From Promethearchaeota archaeon (GTDB lineage Archaea > Asgardarchaeota > Lokiarchaeia > Sigyniarchaeales > SOKP01), in NCBI GenBank assembly GCA_016839745.1, contig JAEOTS010000044.1:30286-94285 (forward strand): 64,000 bases of DNA, written 5' to 3'. Below the pieces are notes generated by a model. The model saw only the letters and a program-made list of their open reading frames with translations. It had not been told where the DNA came from and searched no databases. Shown piece after piece: positions 1 through 10,232 of this stretch (within the stretch, counting starts at the first letter, position 1; every line of letters starts with the position of its first letter). Both the position numbers and the translations under genes were made by a program.

Positions 1-8
1 TTTTAGAA

Positions 9-112
9 GGGAGGGTGGTCTAGCTTGGTATGATACAGTAAAACGATAAGTTTTACAGCTTAAGACTTGGCTGGGGGCCAAGTGGCCGGGGGTTCGAATC
101 CCTCCCCTCCCA
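9..112 (+). tRNA. tRNA-Pro(GGG) with 30-nt intron (35-64) at non-canonical position 25/26
   Basis: Acceptor GGGAGGG(9-15)/CCCTCCC(105-111); anticodon arm CTTGG-CTGGGGG-CCAAG(66-82); T arm GGGGG-TTCGAAT-CCCTC; removing 35-64 restores the D arm; BHB-like junction. Confidence 0.92.
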
Positions 113-262
113 TCTTAAATTCTTGAAAATTATGATTTTTAATTATTAACCGCATTTTTTGATACTAAAAATATTAATAGTTTACTGTAAATAGGCTATA
201 AATTTTTAAGGAGAAATAATCTATTTGTTATTTAAAAATCAATTAAAAATAAGTGAATTAAA

Positions 263-559
263 ATGAGTAAACTTCAAGAGTCAGATTTGTTAATGCGAAT
301 TATGGCAATTGCTAGTGGAATTGTAGCGTTAATTGAGGCAGTCTTAAAAATTATAGGCGTTGAAATTTTGTTTTGGTGGGGTTGGATAGGAGGTGCAGTT
401 GCGTTTGTTTTAGCAATCCTTGTGATTTTACTAGGGATCAGACCAATTCATTACACTCCCGTGTTTCTGGGCATTTTAGGCGTTGGAATCATATTTTTTG
501 GAGTTTTAATTGGTGGGATAATAGTCCTTATAGCTACTATTCTTGGAGCAATTACCTAA
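263..559 (+). CDS. small integral membrane protein (3-4 TM)
   Basis: ATG start, 98 aa, almost entirely hydrophobic Gly-rich helices. Confidence 0.7.
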   Translation: MSKLQESDLLMRIMAIASGIVALIEAVLKIIGVEILFWWGWIGGAVAFVLAILVILLGIRPIHYTPVFLGILGVGIIFFGVLIGGIIVLIATILGAIT

Positions 560-672
560 TTTTTTTTTCTTTTTACATTTTTTGCGAATCACGTAAGAGT
601 AAAAAATTTTTTATAATGAAAATTCTTAAATTTTCAATATACGATTACATGCATAATTTTAGGTATTGAAAT

Positions 673-1500
673 GTGACATATTTAAACATTAATTCGAGCG
701 TTAAACTGAATAATGGAGTATATATGCCTATTTTTGGACTAGGGACATGGCCTCTTAAAGGTAAAGCGGTATATCAGGCAGTTTTATGGGCTCTGGAAAT
801 TGGATATAGACTTATTGATAGTGCGTCTTTCTATGGAAATGAAAAACAGGTAGGAGAAGCTTTAGAGAAAACAAAAATTCTACGAGATGATATATTTATC
901 ACTACTAAAGTATGGAATAGCGATCAAGGTTATGAAAATACACTAGCTGCTTTTGATAGGAGCCTTAAACTATTAAATCTCGACTATATAGATTTGTATC
1001 TTATGCACTGGCCCGTAAAGGGATTAAGAAACGAAACATGGAAAGCTCTTGAAAAAATATATGACAATGGAAGAGTTAGGGCGATTGGGGTCAGTAATTT
1101 TACAATTCGGCATTTAGATGAATTAAAAACTACTTTAAAGTTAATGCCTACTGTAAATCAAGTAGAATTTTCCCCATTTTTATATCAGAAAGAGTTATTG
1201 GAGTATTGTAAATCAAATAAAATCGTCATAGAAGCTTATAGTCCTTTAACAAAAGCTAAGAAATTAAATGATTCAACTCTAATGACTATCGGGCAAAAGT
1301 ATAGCAAATCTCCGGCTCAAGTATTAATTAGGTGGGATTTACAACATGATATAGTTACTATTCCAAAATCGGGTGATAAGCAACATCTAATTGATAACGC
1401 TAATGTGTTTGATTTTAGTTTAGATGAATCTGATATGCGACAACTTGATGATTTGAACGAAGATTTTCGATTAATTGATGATCCAAACCTAATTGATTAG
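673..1500 (+). CDS. aldo/keto reductase (2,5-DKG reductase/glyoxal reductase-like)
   Basis: GLGTW, IDSASFYGNE, ITTKVW, DLYLMHWP, AIGVSNF, IPKS motifs. Confidence 0.95.
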   Translation: MTYLNINSSVKLNNGVYMPIFGLGTWPLKGKAVYQAVLWALEIGYRLIDSASFYGNEKQVGEALEKTKILRDDIFITTKVWNSDQGYENTLAAFDRSLKLLNLDYIDLYLMHWPVKGLRNETWKALEKIYDNGRVRAIGVSNFTIRHLDELKTTLKLMPTVNQVEFSPFLYQKELLEYCKSNKIVIEAYSPLTKAKKLNDSTLMTIGQKYSKSPAQVLIRWDLQHDIVTIPKSGDKQHLIDNANVFDFSLDESDMRQLDDLNEDFRLIDDPNLID

Positions 1501-1542
1501 AATTTTAATAAATTTACTCTTTAATTCTTAAAATTTTTGCCA

Positions 1543-2409
1543 TCAGTATGATTTTGCAAGAGCGAGAATAATTCCCCCAAAAATTTCTGAATAATCACCC
1601 ACGCGAGAAGTATCTATTATATTATAACCAATATCCATGTATATTGCCCCATATGCTTTACCTCCGCCTAAATGAACTAATGTGCGATAAATTAGATTTC
1701 CGGCTATCCCGTTAGGAGCTAAAATTAAGTTGGATTTATCCTTAATTGCATTTTCAATCAAAATCTCCACATGCTCTATTTCTAAATCTGGTTTTTCTAA
1801 CTTAAAAAAATCTATTAATTCTTTAGCTTCTTTTATGCTTTTATCTATATTAACATTTCTCCCAATATCTCCGAGCCTACCGCCACTTAAAACACTAATC
1901 CTCGGTTCAATATTTAAAGTATTTAATTCTATAAGTGCCTTCTTTATGAACACCTTTTTGCTGTTTAGATTATTACACTCGTCAATACCAACTGGACCAA
2001 AAAAGAATTGATGACCTGAATTTGTCTCTAATAAAGCTAAACGGTTTATTTCTGATATATTTAAAACTACATCAAGAGTTTTCAAGAATTTATTTGAACT
2101 TAAACTTCCTCTGACAGCACAAGATATGAGTTTATCATTTAAATAATTCAATAACTCAGATGTTGGATCACTTGAATCGATTAAAACTATAGTGTTTTCT
2201 TTTTCGTTTTCTTTGTACAAGGGAAATTTAGCGATTTCTTCAATTTGATTTTCAGTTCCAAAGAAAAAAAAGGAGGACTTATTAAATTTTAATATTTCCA
2301 AAGTAGCTTTTAGTATTTTGATGTTATGAGTAGCCGAATCGCCTAATCCAATCCCAATTTTTGATATTATATCTTCAGCTTTCTTCCTAAAAGCGTCTAA
2401 AATTGTCAT
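1543..2409 (-). CDS. mtxX: MtxX/Mmp4 family protein (methanogenesis marker 4; phosphate acyltransferase-like fold)
   Basis: AVRGSLSS, RLALLE, PVGIDE, LSGGRLGDIGR, APNGIAGNLIYRTL, DTSR motifs. Confidence 0.8.
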   Translation of the reverse strand: MTILDAFRKKAEDIISKIGIGLGDSATHNIKILKATLEILKFNKSSFFFFGTENQIEEIAKFPLYKENEKENTIVLIDSSDPTSELLNYLNDKLISCAVRGSLSSNKFLKTLDVVLNISEINRLALLETNSGHQFFFGPVGIDECNNLNSKKVFIKKALIELNTLNIEPRISVLSGGRLGDIGRNVNIDKSIKEAKELIDFFKLEKPDLEIEHVEILIENAIKDKSNLILAPNGIAGNLIYRTLVHLGGGKAYGAIYMDIGYNIIDTSRVGDYSEIFGGIILALAKSY

Positions 2410-2427
2410 TCAAATTCTCAATTGATT

Positions 2428-3537
2428 TTAAAAAATATTAAAAACTAAAAACGCGAGGATAATTGTTATGGCGTTATAAACGCCATGAGTGATCATAACT
2501 GCTATTAAATTTTCTTTCCTCCAATAATATAGCAAGCCAAGCAAAAGAGAAATCGCGAAAAAGGGAAAAAAGTTGAGAAGTAAGGAGATTACAAATGTTG
2601 TCACTGATTCTGGGTATAAGAATATTGCTATTAAGTGAACAGAAGAAAATATTAATGCCGTAACTAAAAGACCCCAGGTTTTACCTAAGCTTCGGACTAG
2701 TCCTTTTTGTAAAAAACCTCGAAATAAAACTTCCTCGGATGTACCTATAATCACTATCATTATAATAACTAACAAGATAATGCTAATAATATCTGAAGAT
2801 GCTATGAGTATATCTACTTCACCAGGAGTTCCAATTATGCCTGATATAATTTCATAACCGAAAATTACTGTTAATAACATTTCCATAGCAAATGACACGA
2901 AAAGAACTAATAGAACGCCTATAACAGCAAATCCTAATCCAATTAAAATTTCTTTAATAAGTTGGGTTTTATTAAAATCTTTTGTAGTAAATCCTAACAG
3001 TATTAATCGATTATTAATATTTGGTCTTTGTAAATATTTGCCAACATATAGAAACGGAACAATAAATAAGATTAATTCTATAAAGGAACTAAATATTATA
3101 AAATACGGATTAGCGATTATATTATTTAATTCATCTAAACTGAGTGAAAAAAACATAAAAATAAATAATCCCAAAAAAGCGATTAAGTTCATTAGAAAAA
3201 AAGCTGCTGCTGTCATTCCTACAGACTGCGGAATGCTCCATAATTTTTTATCTATCAGATTGGAGAGATCTTCCTCAGTGAGTTTTTCTCTTAACGGCTT
3301 ATATAATCCATACTTATAAGATTGATATGAACTAGGTGTTGGAGTGACGAGAGAAATAGTATCTTTGCGAGGGGGCATCCTCATATGGGTGTTAATATAT
3401 TGAAGATCAACACCACACTTAATACAGTATTGAATATGTTCAACTTGAGGTATCTTTGTCCCACATATTGGACAATAAGCCCATTTCAGCCTACTACGAC
3501 TCAGCTCGTCTAAATTCTTTTTCTCATTCATTCTCAT
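2428..3537 (-). CDS. CPBP (Abi/Rce1-like) intramembrane glutamic endopeptidase with N-terminal double zinc ribbon
   Basis: CPICG...CIKCG; EEVLFRG, FSSVH, HGVYN motifs; multiple TM helices. Confidence 0.9.
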   Translation of the reverse strand: MRMNEKKNLDELSRSRLKWAYCPICGTKIPQVEHIQYCIKCGVDLQYINTHMRMPPRKDTISLVTPTPSSYQSYKYGLYKPLREKLTEEDLSNLIDKKLWSIPQSVGMTAAAFFLMNLIAFLGLFIFMFFSLSLDELNNIIANPYFIIFSSFIELILFIVPFLYVGKYLQRPNINNRLILLGFTTKDFNKTQLIKEILIGLGFAVIGVLLVLFVSFAMEMLLTVIFGYEIISGIIGTPGEVDILIASSDIISIILLVIIMIVIIGTSEEVLFRGFLQKGLVRSLGKTWGLLVTALIFSSVHLIAIFLYPESVTTFVISLLLNFFPFFAISLLLGLLYYWRKENLIAVMITHGVYNAITIILAFLVFNIF

Positions 3538-3626
3538 TTTAAATTAAGATTGATTGTGATATTTACTTTAGTTTTATTATTGTTTCTGATTTAAAAGTAT
3601 AACGCGTATAAAATTGTTATGTCTAA

Positions 3627-5387
3627 CTAATGAGTAAAATAGCATATTAATACGTTATCTTCCCACTTTATTGGATTTACAAATCCAAATCGTTCGAATT
3701 GAATAGTTTTGTTTAAAGAGATATTAGTTAGGTTTATCTCTCCATTGCCTTTAGATATTGTTCCATCAGGTTTTAATATTGAAACTTGCACATTTTCTTC
3801 TTTGGAAACCCATTGAAAGATTGAAAATTCCCTATTTAATTCAAGACTATGAAAGCGGGATTTTATTAAATTCTTATTCAAGTCAACAGCTGTTATTTGA
3901 ATGTTTAATAAGTCTTTTAATCGAATTATTTGTCCGCTTTTTAACTTGATTGCATCTATATGTGCCAATAGGACTGTCAATTTATCGTTTTTTGCTGTAA
4001 CCTTAATTTTTCTCTTTCCCATTTTTGGGTTTGAAGGTAATAGTAATGGTTCCGCAGTGTATTCTGACAATGGCACATTTTCAATCTCAAGTTTGATCGG
4101 TTCTTCTACATAGAAGTATCTACTTGAAAGTCCGTCTATAATATCTTTGTTTTTCGAATATAACCATGATTCGTCAAAAATTATGCCCGTAGTCGACATT
4201 CCCAGCTCTAAAAGAGTTTTTTTTAGTGCTTCAGCCCTAATACCTCTCTTTTCTAACGATTGCAAGCTCCAAGTCCTAGGATCATCCCATCCTTCAAAAA
4301 TTCCTTCGTTAATATTGTTTCTGGATAGAGTTTTGCTTAACTTCATATTTGGAAACTTTATTCTACCGTAATGCAAAAATTCGCTCTTTTTCCAGTTAAA
4401 ATGGTCCCATATGAATTCTTCAATTACATCTTCTTTTACCAAGTCTATGCCCCTTAGAATATGTGTTGCACCTATTAAATGATCGTCAATTGCCCATGAA
4501 AATTCTAACATTGGCCAAGCGAAAAATTTGTTTTTAACTCGCGGATGTTCCGCTTCAGAAATTCTCATTATAATTTGATCCCGTAAGGCTGGATCTTTTT
4601 GATCCATACCTGTCTTTAGACGAACTACAGCTTCTGTTTCATGATATTTACCTGTCTTCATTTTATTCCATTCTTCAAGATTTGTAGGAATTGATTGATT
4701 TCTATGAGGGCAGTTTTTTTTTGGTTTCTTGTATTTATCCCTAAACTCAGTAGCACTACAGAAACAAACATATGCTATATCATCTTGAATAAGTTTCTTA
4801 CAATATTCGTAATATATTTCTAGCCTATCGCTTTTGTAATATACTTTGGAATATTCAACTTCCAACCATTTTAAACCGTCTTCTATTAATTCATAAGCTT
4901 CAGGGAGTACATACTTTGCTTTAGGGCTATTTCTCATAGATTTCGGGCTCCCGATTGTATCATCAAAGAATAGAATTAACTCCCCGTTATATTGGTTTGC
5001 ATATTCATTATTTAATATTACCATTCTCGCGTTTCCAATGTGTAAAGCTCCACTAGGATATGGTGCTAAGCGCATTATAATTTTATCGTAACTCTGAGTG
5101 TTAGGCAACTCTGGTAATTCTTTTTGTTCTTTGGTGGTAGCTTTTTTCTCGAAAGCTGTAGGATCTAATGCTAGTAATTTTTCTCGTTGTTCTTGTTCTG
5201 TCAGTTTAGAAATCTCTACGATCATCTCATCTACTAAGGGTTTGATATCATTTATCTGGGTTCTGAGTCCCGGTTTTTGACTCATTAATTTTCCCATAAT
5301 AGCCTTCAAATTCGGTTTCCCTCCAAATTTCACTGCATTTGTTAGACCAAAAATCCAAATTAGCCTTTTAATTTCAACAATATCCAT
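3627..5387 (-). CDS. gltX: glutamyl-tRNA synthetase (archaeal type)
   Basis: RLAPYPSGALHIGN (HIGH), THILRG, KLSKT (KMSKS), QFERFGF; start placed at ATG 5387 (MDIVEIK). Confidence 0.96.
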   Translation of the reverse strand: MDIVEIKRLIWIFGLTNAVKFGGKPNLKAIMGKLMSQKPGLRTQINDIKPLVDEMIVEISKLTEQEQREKLLALDPTAFEKKATTKEQKELPELPNTQSYDKIIMRLAPYPSGALHIGNARMVILNNEYANQYNGELILFFDDTIGSPKSMRNSPKAKYVLPEAYELIEDGLKWLEVEYSKVYYKSDRLEIYYEYCKKLIQDDIAYVCFCSATEFRDKYKKPKKNCPHRNQSIPTNLEEWNKMKTGKYHETEAVVRLKTGMDQKDPALRDQIIMRISEAEHPRVKNKFFAWPMLEFSWAIDDHLIGATHILRGIDLVKEDVIEEFIWDHFNWKKSEFLHYGRIKFPNMKLSKTLSRNNINEGIFEGWDDPRTWSLQSLEKRGIRAEALKKTLLELGMSTTGIIFDESWLYSKNKDIIDGLSSRYFYVEEPIKLEIENVPLSEYTAEPLLLPSNPKMGKRKIKVTAKNDKLTVLLAHIDAIKLKSGQIIRLKDLLNIQITAVDLNKNLIKSRFHSLELNREFSIFQWVSKEENVQVSILKPDGTISKGNGEINLTNISLNKTIQFERFGFVNPIKWEDNVLICYFTH

Positions 5388-5553
5388 TTCTAAAATCTCA
5401 CTTACAAGTTGGTTATTTTTAATTCTAAATTTGAAAGCTATTTGAGTATTAATAATAAACCTTTTCAAAAAAAATAAATCATTATTAAGATGATTAAAGG
5501 CTAATTAATATATTAGAGTAAGTATTGAAAAAAAGAATTTTAGGTGTGAAGGT

Positions 5554-5838
5554 ATTTTTTATCGCGGATATATATTGATCCGGCTAAAAGTTATTGGAAC
5601 TGAGTGGGAAGTTGTTAGTAGGTTAACTGGCTTAAAATCAAATAGCTCCGATGAAAATTGGAAAGTAACTTATATTACTCCTGTTTATGGGGGGTGGGAT
5701 TTGGTTGCGGAATGCACCTTTACTAAACTGCAAGAATTAGATAAAATCGTGACCTTTATTCGTGTAGATAAAGATTTATCTAGCTGGATTGAAGAAACTA
5801 CTACTCTGGTGTCTAGTAAACCGGATTATCCTAGATAG
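5554..5838 (+). CDS. Lrp/AsnC ligand-binding (RAM) domain protein; probable ATT start
   Basis: RGYILIRL...VYGGWDLVA...IEETTTLV pattern; first beta strand lies upstream of TTG 5575; AGGTG SD-like 7 nt before ATT 5554. Confidence 0.75.
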   Translation: MFYRGYILIRLKVIGTEWEVVSRLTGLKSNSSDENWKVTYITPVYGGWDLVAECTFTKLQELDKIVTFIRVDKDLSSWIEETTTLVSSKPDYPR

Positions 5839-5939
5839 CCTGATATGCTTCAGAGTTAGTGCTTTTTAAACATTAAAATTCTTAACAGAGAAATAAAGTA
5901 TTTTAACTATAATTCACGATTATTTATTAATAAATAAAT

Positions 5940-6042
5940 AGCCCAGTGGTCTAGTGGATAGGATACTTGCTTGCGGAGCAAGGGATCGGGGGTTCAAACC
6001 TCTTGAAATATCTTCAAGTGAGAACAAGTCCCCCCTGGGCTA
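5940..6042 (+). tRNA. tRNA-Arg(GCG) with 30-nt intron (5998-6027) in T loop, position 58/59
   Basis: Acceptor AGCCCAG/CTGGGCT; anticodon arm CTTGC-TTGCGGA-GCAAG; excision gives T loop TTCAAGT; GTTC/GAAC central helix flanked by AAA and AAG. Confidence 0.93.
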
Positions 6043-6048
6043 TATTTT

Positions 6049-6828
6049 TTAACTGATGTAATTTAATACTTCGTTTATAGATTTAATTTCTATTATATTA
6101 GGTATGGTGATTTCCCGTTCGTAAGGAAATTCATAATCTCTTTTTTTTAAAACAATTTGCATACCGACTCTATTAGCACCAACAGCGTCAGCAGCTTCAT
6201 CCCCTACCATAATACAATCTTTAGCTTCATGCTTTTCTAAACCCATCTTCTTTAATGTATATAAGAAAATATCGGGATTTGGCTTTCTTTTACCAAATTT
6301 AGCAGAAGTCACAATTACATTAAAAAATTGATCTAAATTATTGCTTTCGAGCATGTTTTTTATAGTTTTATGGTTTGGGTGATTGGAAATGAGACCTATT
6401 TTTAAGCTAGATATATTAGAAAGTGCTTCTAAAGTAGCTTTGGTTTCGTCAAAAGGTTTCCACTCGCTCTCTTCGCACGAATGATATAATTCTGCCATTT
6501 CTTCTAAAAATTCATCCTCAATAATATCGTAATTAATATTATATCCTTTTTCTTTCAAAATAGTTAACACCGTTCTAAACAATAAGGTAGTGGGGAACTC
6601 GTCTTTAGTTTTCATTGCTAATCTAAATGAATTTGCTCTTTTTTTGTTGAAAATATTTATGAAATCTTTAACCAATTCGTCATCTTCTTCTAATATGTCT
6701 TTATCTTTTAGAATATCAATAGATTTTAATAATCCCCTTTTAAAACAGTCGAAATATTTTTCAACTGATGGGTTCTCAAATGAAAACAGTGTAAAGCCAA
6801 AATCGAATATTATTCCCTTTACATTCAT
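6049..6828 (-). CDS. HAD-superfamily hydrolase
   Basis: FDFGFTL (motif I), ISN, RKPNPDIF, MVGDEAAD. Confidence 0.9.
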   Translation of the reverse strand: MNVKGIIFDFGFTLFSFENPSVEKYFDCFKRGLLKSIDILKDKDILEEDDELVKDFINIFNKKRANSFRLAMKTKDEFPTTLLFRTVLTILKEKGYNINYDIIEDEFLEEMAELYHSCEESEWKPFDETKATLEALSNISSLKIGLISNHPNHKTIKNMLESNNLDQFFNVIVTSAKFGKRKPNPDIFLYTLKKMGLEKHEAKDCIMVGDEAADAVGANRVGMQIVLKKRDYEFPYEREITIPNIIEIKSINEVLNYIS

Positions 6829-6959
6829 TCTAAATATATTAATTACATAAGTTAATATTAAGCTATCTCTCTATGAATTTAAAACACAATTTAATCCTGT
6901 ATATTAATAATTTAATAGATATATAAAATTGCGAATTAACTTAATATTTTAATTATAGC

Positions 6960-7490
6960 ATGTCAATTGATAAATGGCTCGATGACGACGACACAGTGGA
7001 ACAAAAAAAGAAGAGAGAGGAAATTTATAAATCGCTATCAAAAGAAGAAAAGGAAGATCTTAAACAGCAAAAAATTCGTGATTTGACAAAAAAGAGTAAA
7101 CAAAAGCATATTCTAAGCGTTGAAAAGAAAAATCTTTTAGAAAAAGCTTTAGAATTTAAAGACTGGCTTAATAATCGTACATACATAAAAGGAGATATAG
7201 AAAGAATTGAAACTTGGGTTGAAAATTTATATCTTATTCTTCGCGAGAGTATAAAAAACTATAATGGTCAATACAGTGAAGAAGACAAGAAAAATTTGAT
7301 AAAGAATTATAATTCTATACCAGTTAATTTCTTAGATGAAAAAACACGAATTGCTATTAACAAAAAACTCAAAGGTATAAAGAAAACAAATTCTGATGAC
7401 TATTATCTTAGAAAATTAAAAATTAAAGTAAGAGAAAAAATAAAAGAAGCGGAATATTATCAAATTTTAAGAGACATATTAGAGAGTTGA
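6960..7490 (+). CDS. hypothetical charged helical protein
   Basis: 176-aa ORF overlapping the start of the next gene (TTGA coupling). Confidence 0.7.
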   Translation: MSIDKWLDDDDTVEQKKKREEIYKSLSKEEKEDLKQQKIRDLTKKSKQKHILSVEKKNLLEKALEFKDWLNNRTYIKGDIERIETWVENLYLILRESIKNYNGQYSEEDKKNLIKNYNSIPVNFLDEKTRIAINKKLKGIKKTNSDDYYLRKLKIKVREKIKEAEYYQILRDILES

Positions 7491-8587
7491 ATTTGAGTTT
7501 GAAATTAATTTGTCCAATTGCAGGCGTAGGACATCGACTTCAGCCATTTACCTATTCAAAACCCAAAGCATTTCTTAAATTAGCTGGAAAAAGATTAATT
7601 GACCATATCCTTGTAAAGTTAAAAAGAACTTTCCCTAAAGGAACGGAGATAGTCTTTATTGTAGGATATAAAAAAAGACAGATTACAGAATATATTAATA
7701 ACCACTATTCTGATTACTTCAACCTTGAATTTATAGAGCAGAAACCGCTTGGTTTTTTGGCCGACACACCTTTTTTCAGCGGTCTTGGCGATGCAATATT
7801 ATTAGCGAAAGATTTTGTTAAGAATGATGATTGTTTTATTTTCCTAAGTGACAGACTCCCCATGGAAGATTATTCTTCTGTATTACTAACGTATCACCAA
7901 GGGAATTGCGATGCGGTTATTAATATTAAAAAGGTTGATAATCCTCAATTTTATGGTGTTACAGTCGTAGATGAAGAAATCAATTTAACAGGAATTGTTG
8001 AAAAACCACAAGAGTTTATTTCTGATTATGCTGTTTCTGGTGCTTATCTTTTTGGAAAGCGTTCCGTTTCTCGGTTATTCGAGCTTTTAGAAGAACAGAG
8101 TAAAGTAAAAATAACCAACGGAAATGAGCATCAATTAACACCAATAATAGAAAGTTTAATAAAAGAGGGTGTTCCATTTAAAGGGAATGTGATGCGAAGT
8201 GAAGTATTAGATTTTGGAAGACCTGAATCATTACTTGATGGCAATCGCTATTTATTATCTGAAACGAAACTAAAGGACCCCTTATTTGAAAGTTTGTTTC
8301 AAACGGGAAATATAATAGACTCAAAATTGATTCCTCCAGTTTTTATTGGAGAAAATGTTAAAATCAAAAATTCCATAATTGGTCCTAATGTTTCAATTGG
8401 TGATGATTTAGTGTTAGAAAAATGCATTCTTTCTGAATCTGTGATAGGAGATGGAGTATTTTTGAGAAAAATTATTTCTTCCAACAGTATTATTGGTGAC
8501 TATTCCATTTTAGAGGACCTAATTAAGAAAAATATCACTATCGGTGATTCTTCTTACATTACAACTTCTAAGATGAAATCTTTTTAA
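7487..8587 (+). CDS. sugar-phosphate nucleotidyltransferase with C-terminal left-handed beta-helix
   Basis: PIAGVGHRLQPFTYSKPK, VEKP, DFGRPESLL, hexapeptide repeats (IGPNVSIG). Confidence 0.9.
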   Translation: MNLSLKLICPIAGVGHRLQPFTYSKPKAFLKLAGKRLIDHILVKLKRTFPKGTEIVFIVGYKKRQITEYINNHYSDYFNLEFIEQKPLGFLADTPFFSGLGDAILLAKDFVKNDDCFIFLSDRLPMEDYSSVLLTYHQGNCDAVINIKKVDNPQFYGVTVVDEEINLTGIVEKPQEFISDYAVSGAYLFGKRSVSRLFELLEEQSKVKITNGNEHQLTPIIESLIKEGVPFKGNVMRSEVLDFGRPESLLDGNRYLLSETKLKDPLFESLFQTGNIIDSKLIPPVFIGENVKIKNSIIGPNVSIGDDLVLEKCILSESVIGDGVFLRKIISSNSIIGDYSILEDLIKKNITIGDSSYITTSKMKSF

Positions 8588-8609
8588 TAAATTAATAATA
8601 AGAAAAAAA

Positions 8610-10028
8610 TTATTCAAATTTTGGTCTTCGATCTTGCCAAGGAGCAATTTCTTCAAAAGCTTTTGAAACTTGGAGTACCGTTAAATCATCAAATCTCTTT
8701 CCAACAATCTGCAATCCAATTGGTAATCCCTCACTAGACCATCCACAAGGGACCGTAGCTGCAGGAAGTCCTGTTAAATTAAAAGCTGCTGAAAAAGGCA
8801 TCCATGCCGTTGGTGAAACCATTTTTCCATCAATTTTTGTTGGAAAAGAAATTCCTAATTCAAATGCAGGCAATGCTGTTGTTGGTGTCAGCAATAGATC
8901 GTAGTTTTTAAAGTACTGATGAAACTTTTCAAATATAATTTTTCGACGAGCTATTGATCTTGCAAAATCGGCCCCAGTAGCTTCTACTCCCGCTTCAACT
9001 GCCTTTACCAGATCGGGATGCATATTATCCCTCCATTCCTTTAATTTAGATCCCAAATCATATCCATATAAGACTGTGTGATATGTTAAAAGCATTCGTT
9101 CTGGATTTTTGATCTTAAATTTAGCGGGTTCAACACTCCATCCAAATTCCTCAAATTTTTGAACAGAATTCAAGAATTTTTCTTGAACATCTGAATCAAT
9201 AACTTTAGCAAATCCTAAATCTTGAGAATACCCGATTTTCAATTGCTTTGGTTTTTCTTCAAGTTCTTCTGAATAATTAATATTTTGATCTGGCAAAGAA
9301 TACATATCGCCATAATGTGGTCCTTTTATAGCATCCAACATCAAAGCGGCATCCTTCACATATCTTACAATTGGACCATAATGAATTAATGATTCAAGAT
9401 GTACCCCTGATACAGGATATACTGGAACTCTTCCAAAACTTGGTTTAATACCATAAACCCCACAAAAACAGGAAGGTGTTCTAATTGAACCTCCACCATC
9501 AGCACCTAAAGCTAGATATCCTATACCAGAAGCTATAGAGGCTGCTGCGCCACCACTAGAACCCCCCGAAGTTCTTTCCAAATTCCAAGGATTTCGAGTT
9601 TCTCCAAAAATTAGATTGTTAGTTACAGCTATAAATCCGAATGGGCTCATATTCGTTTTACCTAGGATGACAGCACCAGCATTTTTTAATCTTTCTACAC
9701 AGGCATCATCTTCATCTGGTATATTATGTTCATATAATTTTGATCCGAAAGTTGTTCTTATACCTTTAATTGGCATTTCATCTTTAATTGAAGTGGGGAT
9801 TCCATGTAAAGTTCCTAATTTTTCACCATTTTTAACTGCTTTATCGGCATTTTTAGCTCGTTCTCTAGCCCACTCAAATGTAGGTGTACAATACGCATTT
9901 ATTATCGGATTGATCTTTTCAAATCTTTCAATAACAATCTCCGTAATTTCCTGGGATGATAATTCTTGAGTTTTGATTTTTTCTCGCATCTCATATGCTG
10001 ACATAAAACAGATATCTTCTTTATTCAT
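8610..10028 (-). CDS. amidase signature family protein
   Basis: GIPTSIKD, GGSSGGAAA, GADGGGSIRTPS, PIGLQIVG. Confidence 0.93.
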   Translation of the reverse strand: MNKEDICFMSAYEMREKIKTQELSSQEITEIVIERFEKINPIINAYCTPTFEWARERAKNADKAVKNGEKLGTLHGIPTSIKDEMPIKGIRTTFGSKLYEHNIPDEDDACVERLKNAGAVILGKTNMSPFGFIAVTNNLIFGETRNPWNLERTSGGSSGGAAASIASGIGYLALGADGGGSIRTPSCFCGVYGIKPSFGRVPVYPVSGVHLESLIHYGPIVRYVKDAALMLDAIKGPHYGDMYSLPDQNINYSEELEEKPKQLKIGYSQDLGFAKVIDSDVQEKFLNSVQKFEEFGWSVEPAKFKIKNPERMLLTYHTVLYGYDLGSKLKEWRDNMHPDLVKAVEAGVEATGADFARSIARRKIIFEKFHQYFKNYDLLLTPTTALPAFELGISFPTKIDGKMVSPTAWMPFSAAFNLTGLPAATVPCGWSSEGLPIGLQIVGKRFDDLTVLQVSKAFEEIAPWQDRRPKFE

Positions 10029-10232
10029 AGTTTTTACCTCAATAGAATTAATATAGATATATTATTGATTATTTGAAGGATCTAATATAAATTAATATCT
10101 TTGTTTAGTAAAACAAATGTAAAAATCCAAAATTAAATTTTTAAGTTTAGAAAAACTATTAATTTACAATTTATTATTAATGTTATTCTGTGGTAGTTCA
10201 CATAGAATCTAAAAGCAACTTTTGATGTAAAA

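Noticed and set aside
8610-10028. Amidase as GatA
   Set aside because: No gatB/gatC neighbours and GatA-specific motifs are not evident; it is a generic amidase-signature enzyme.
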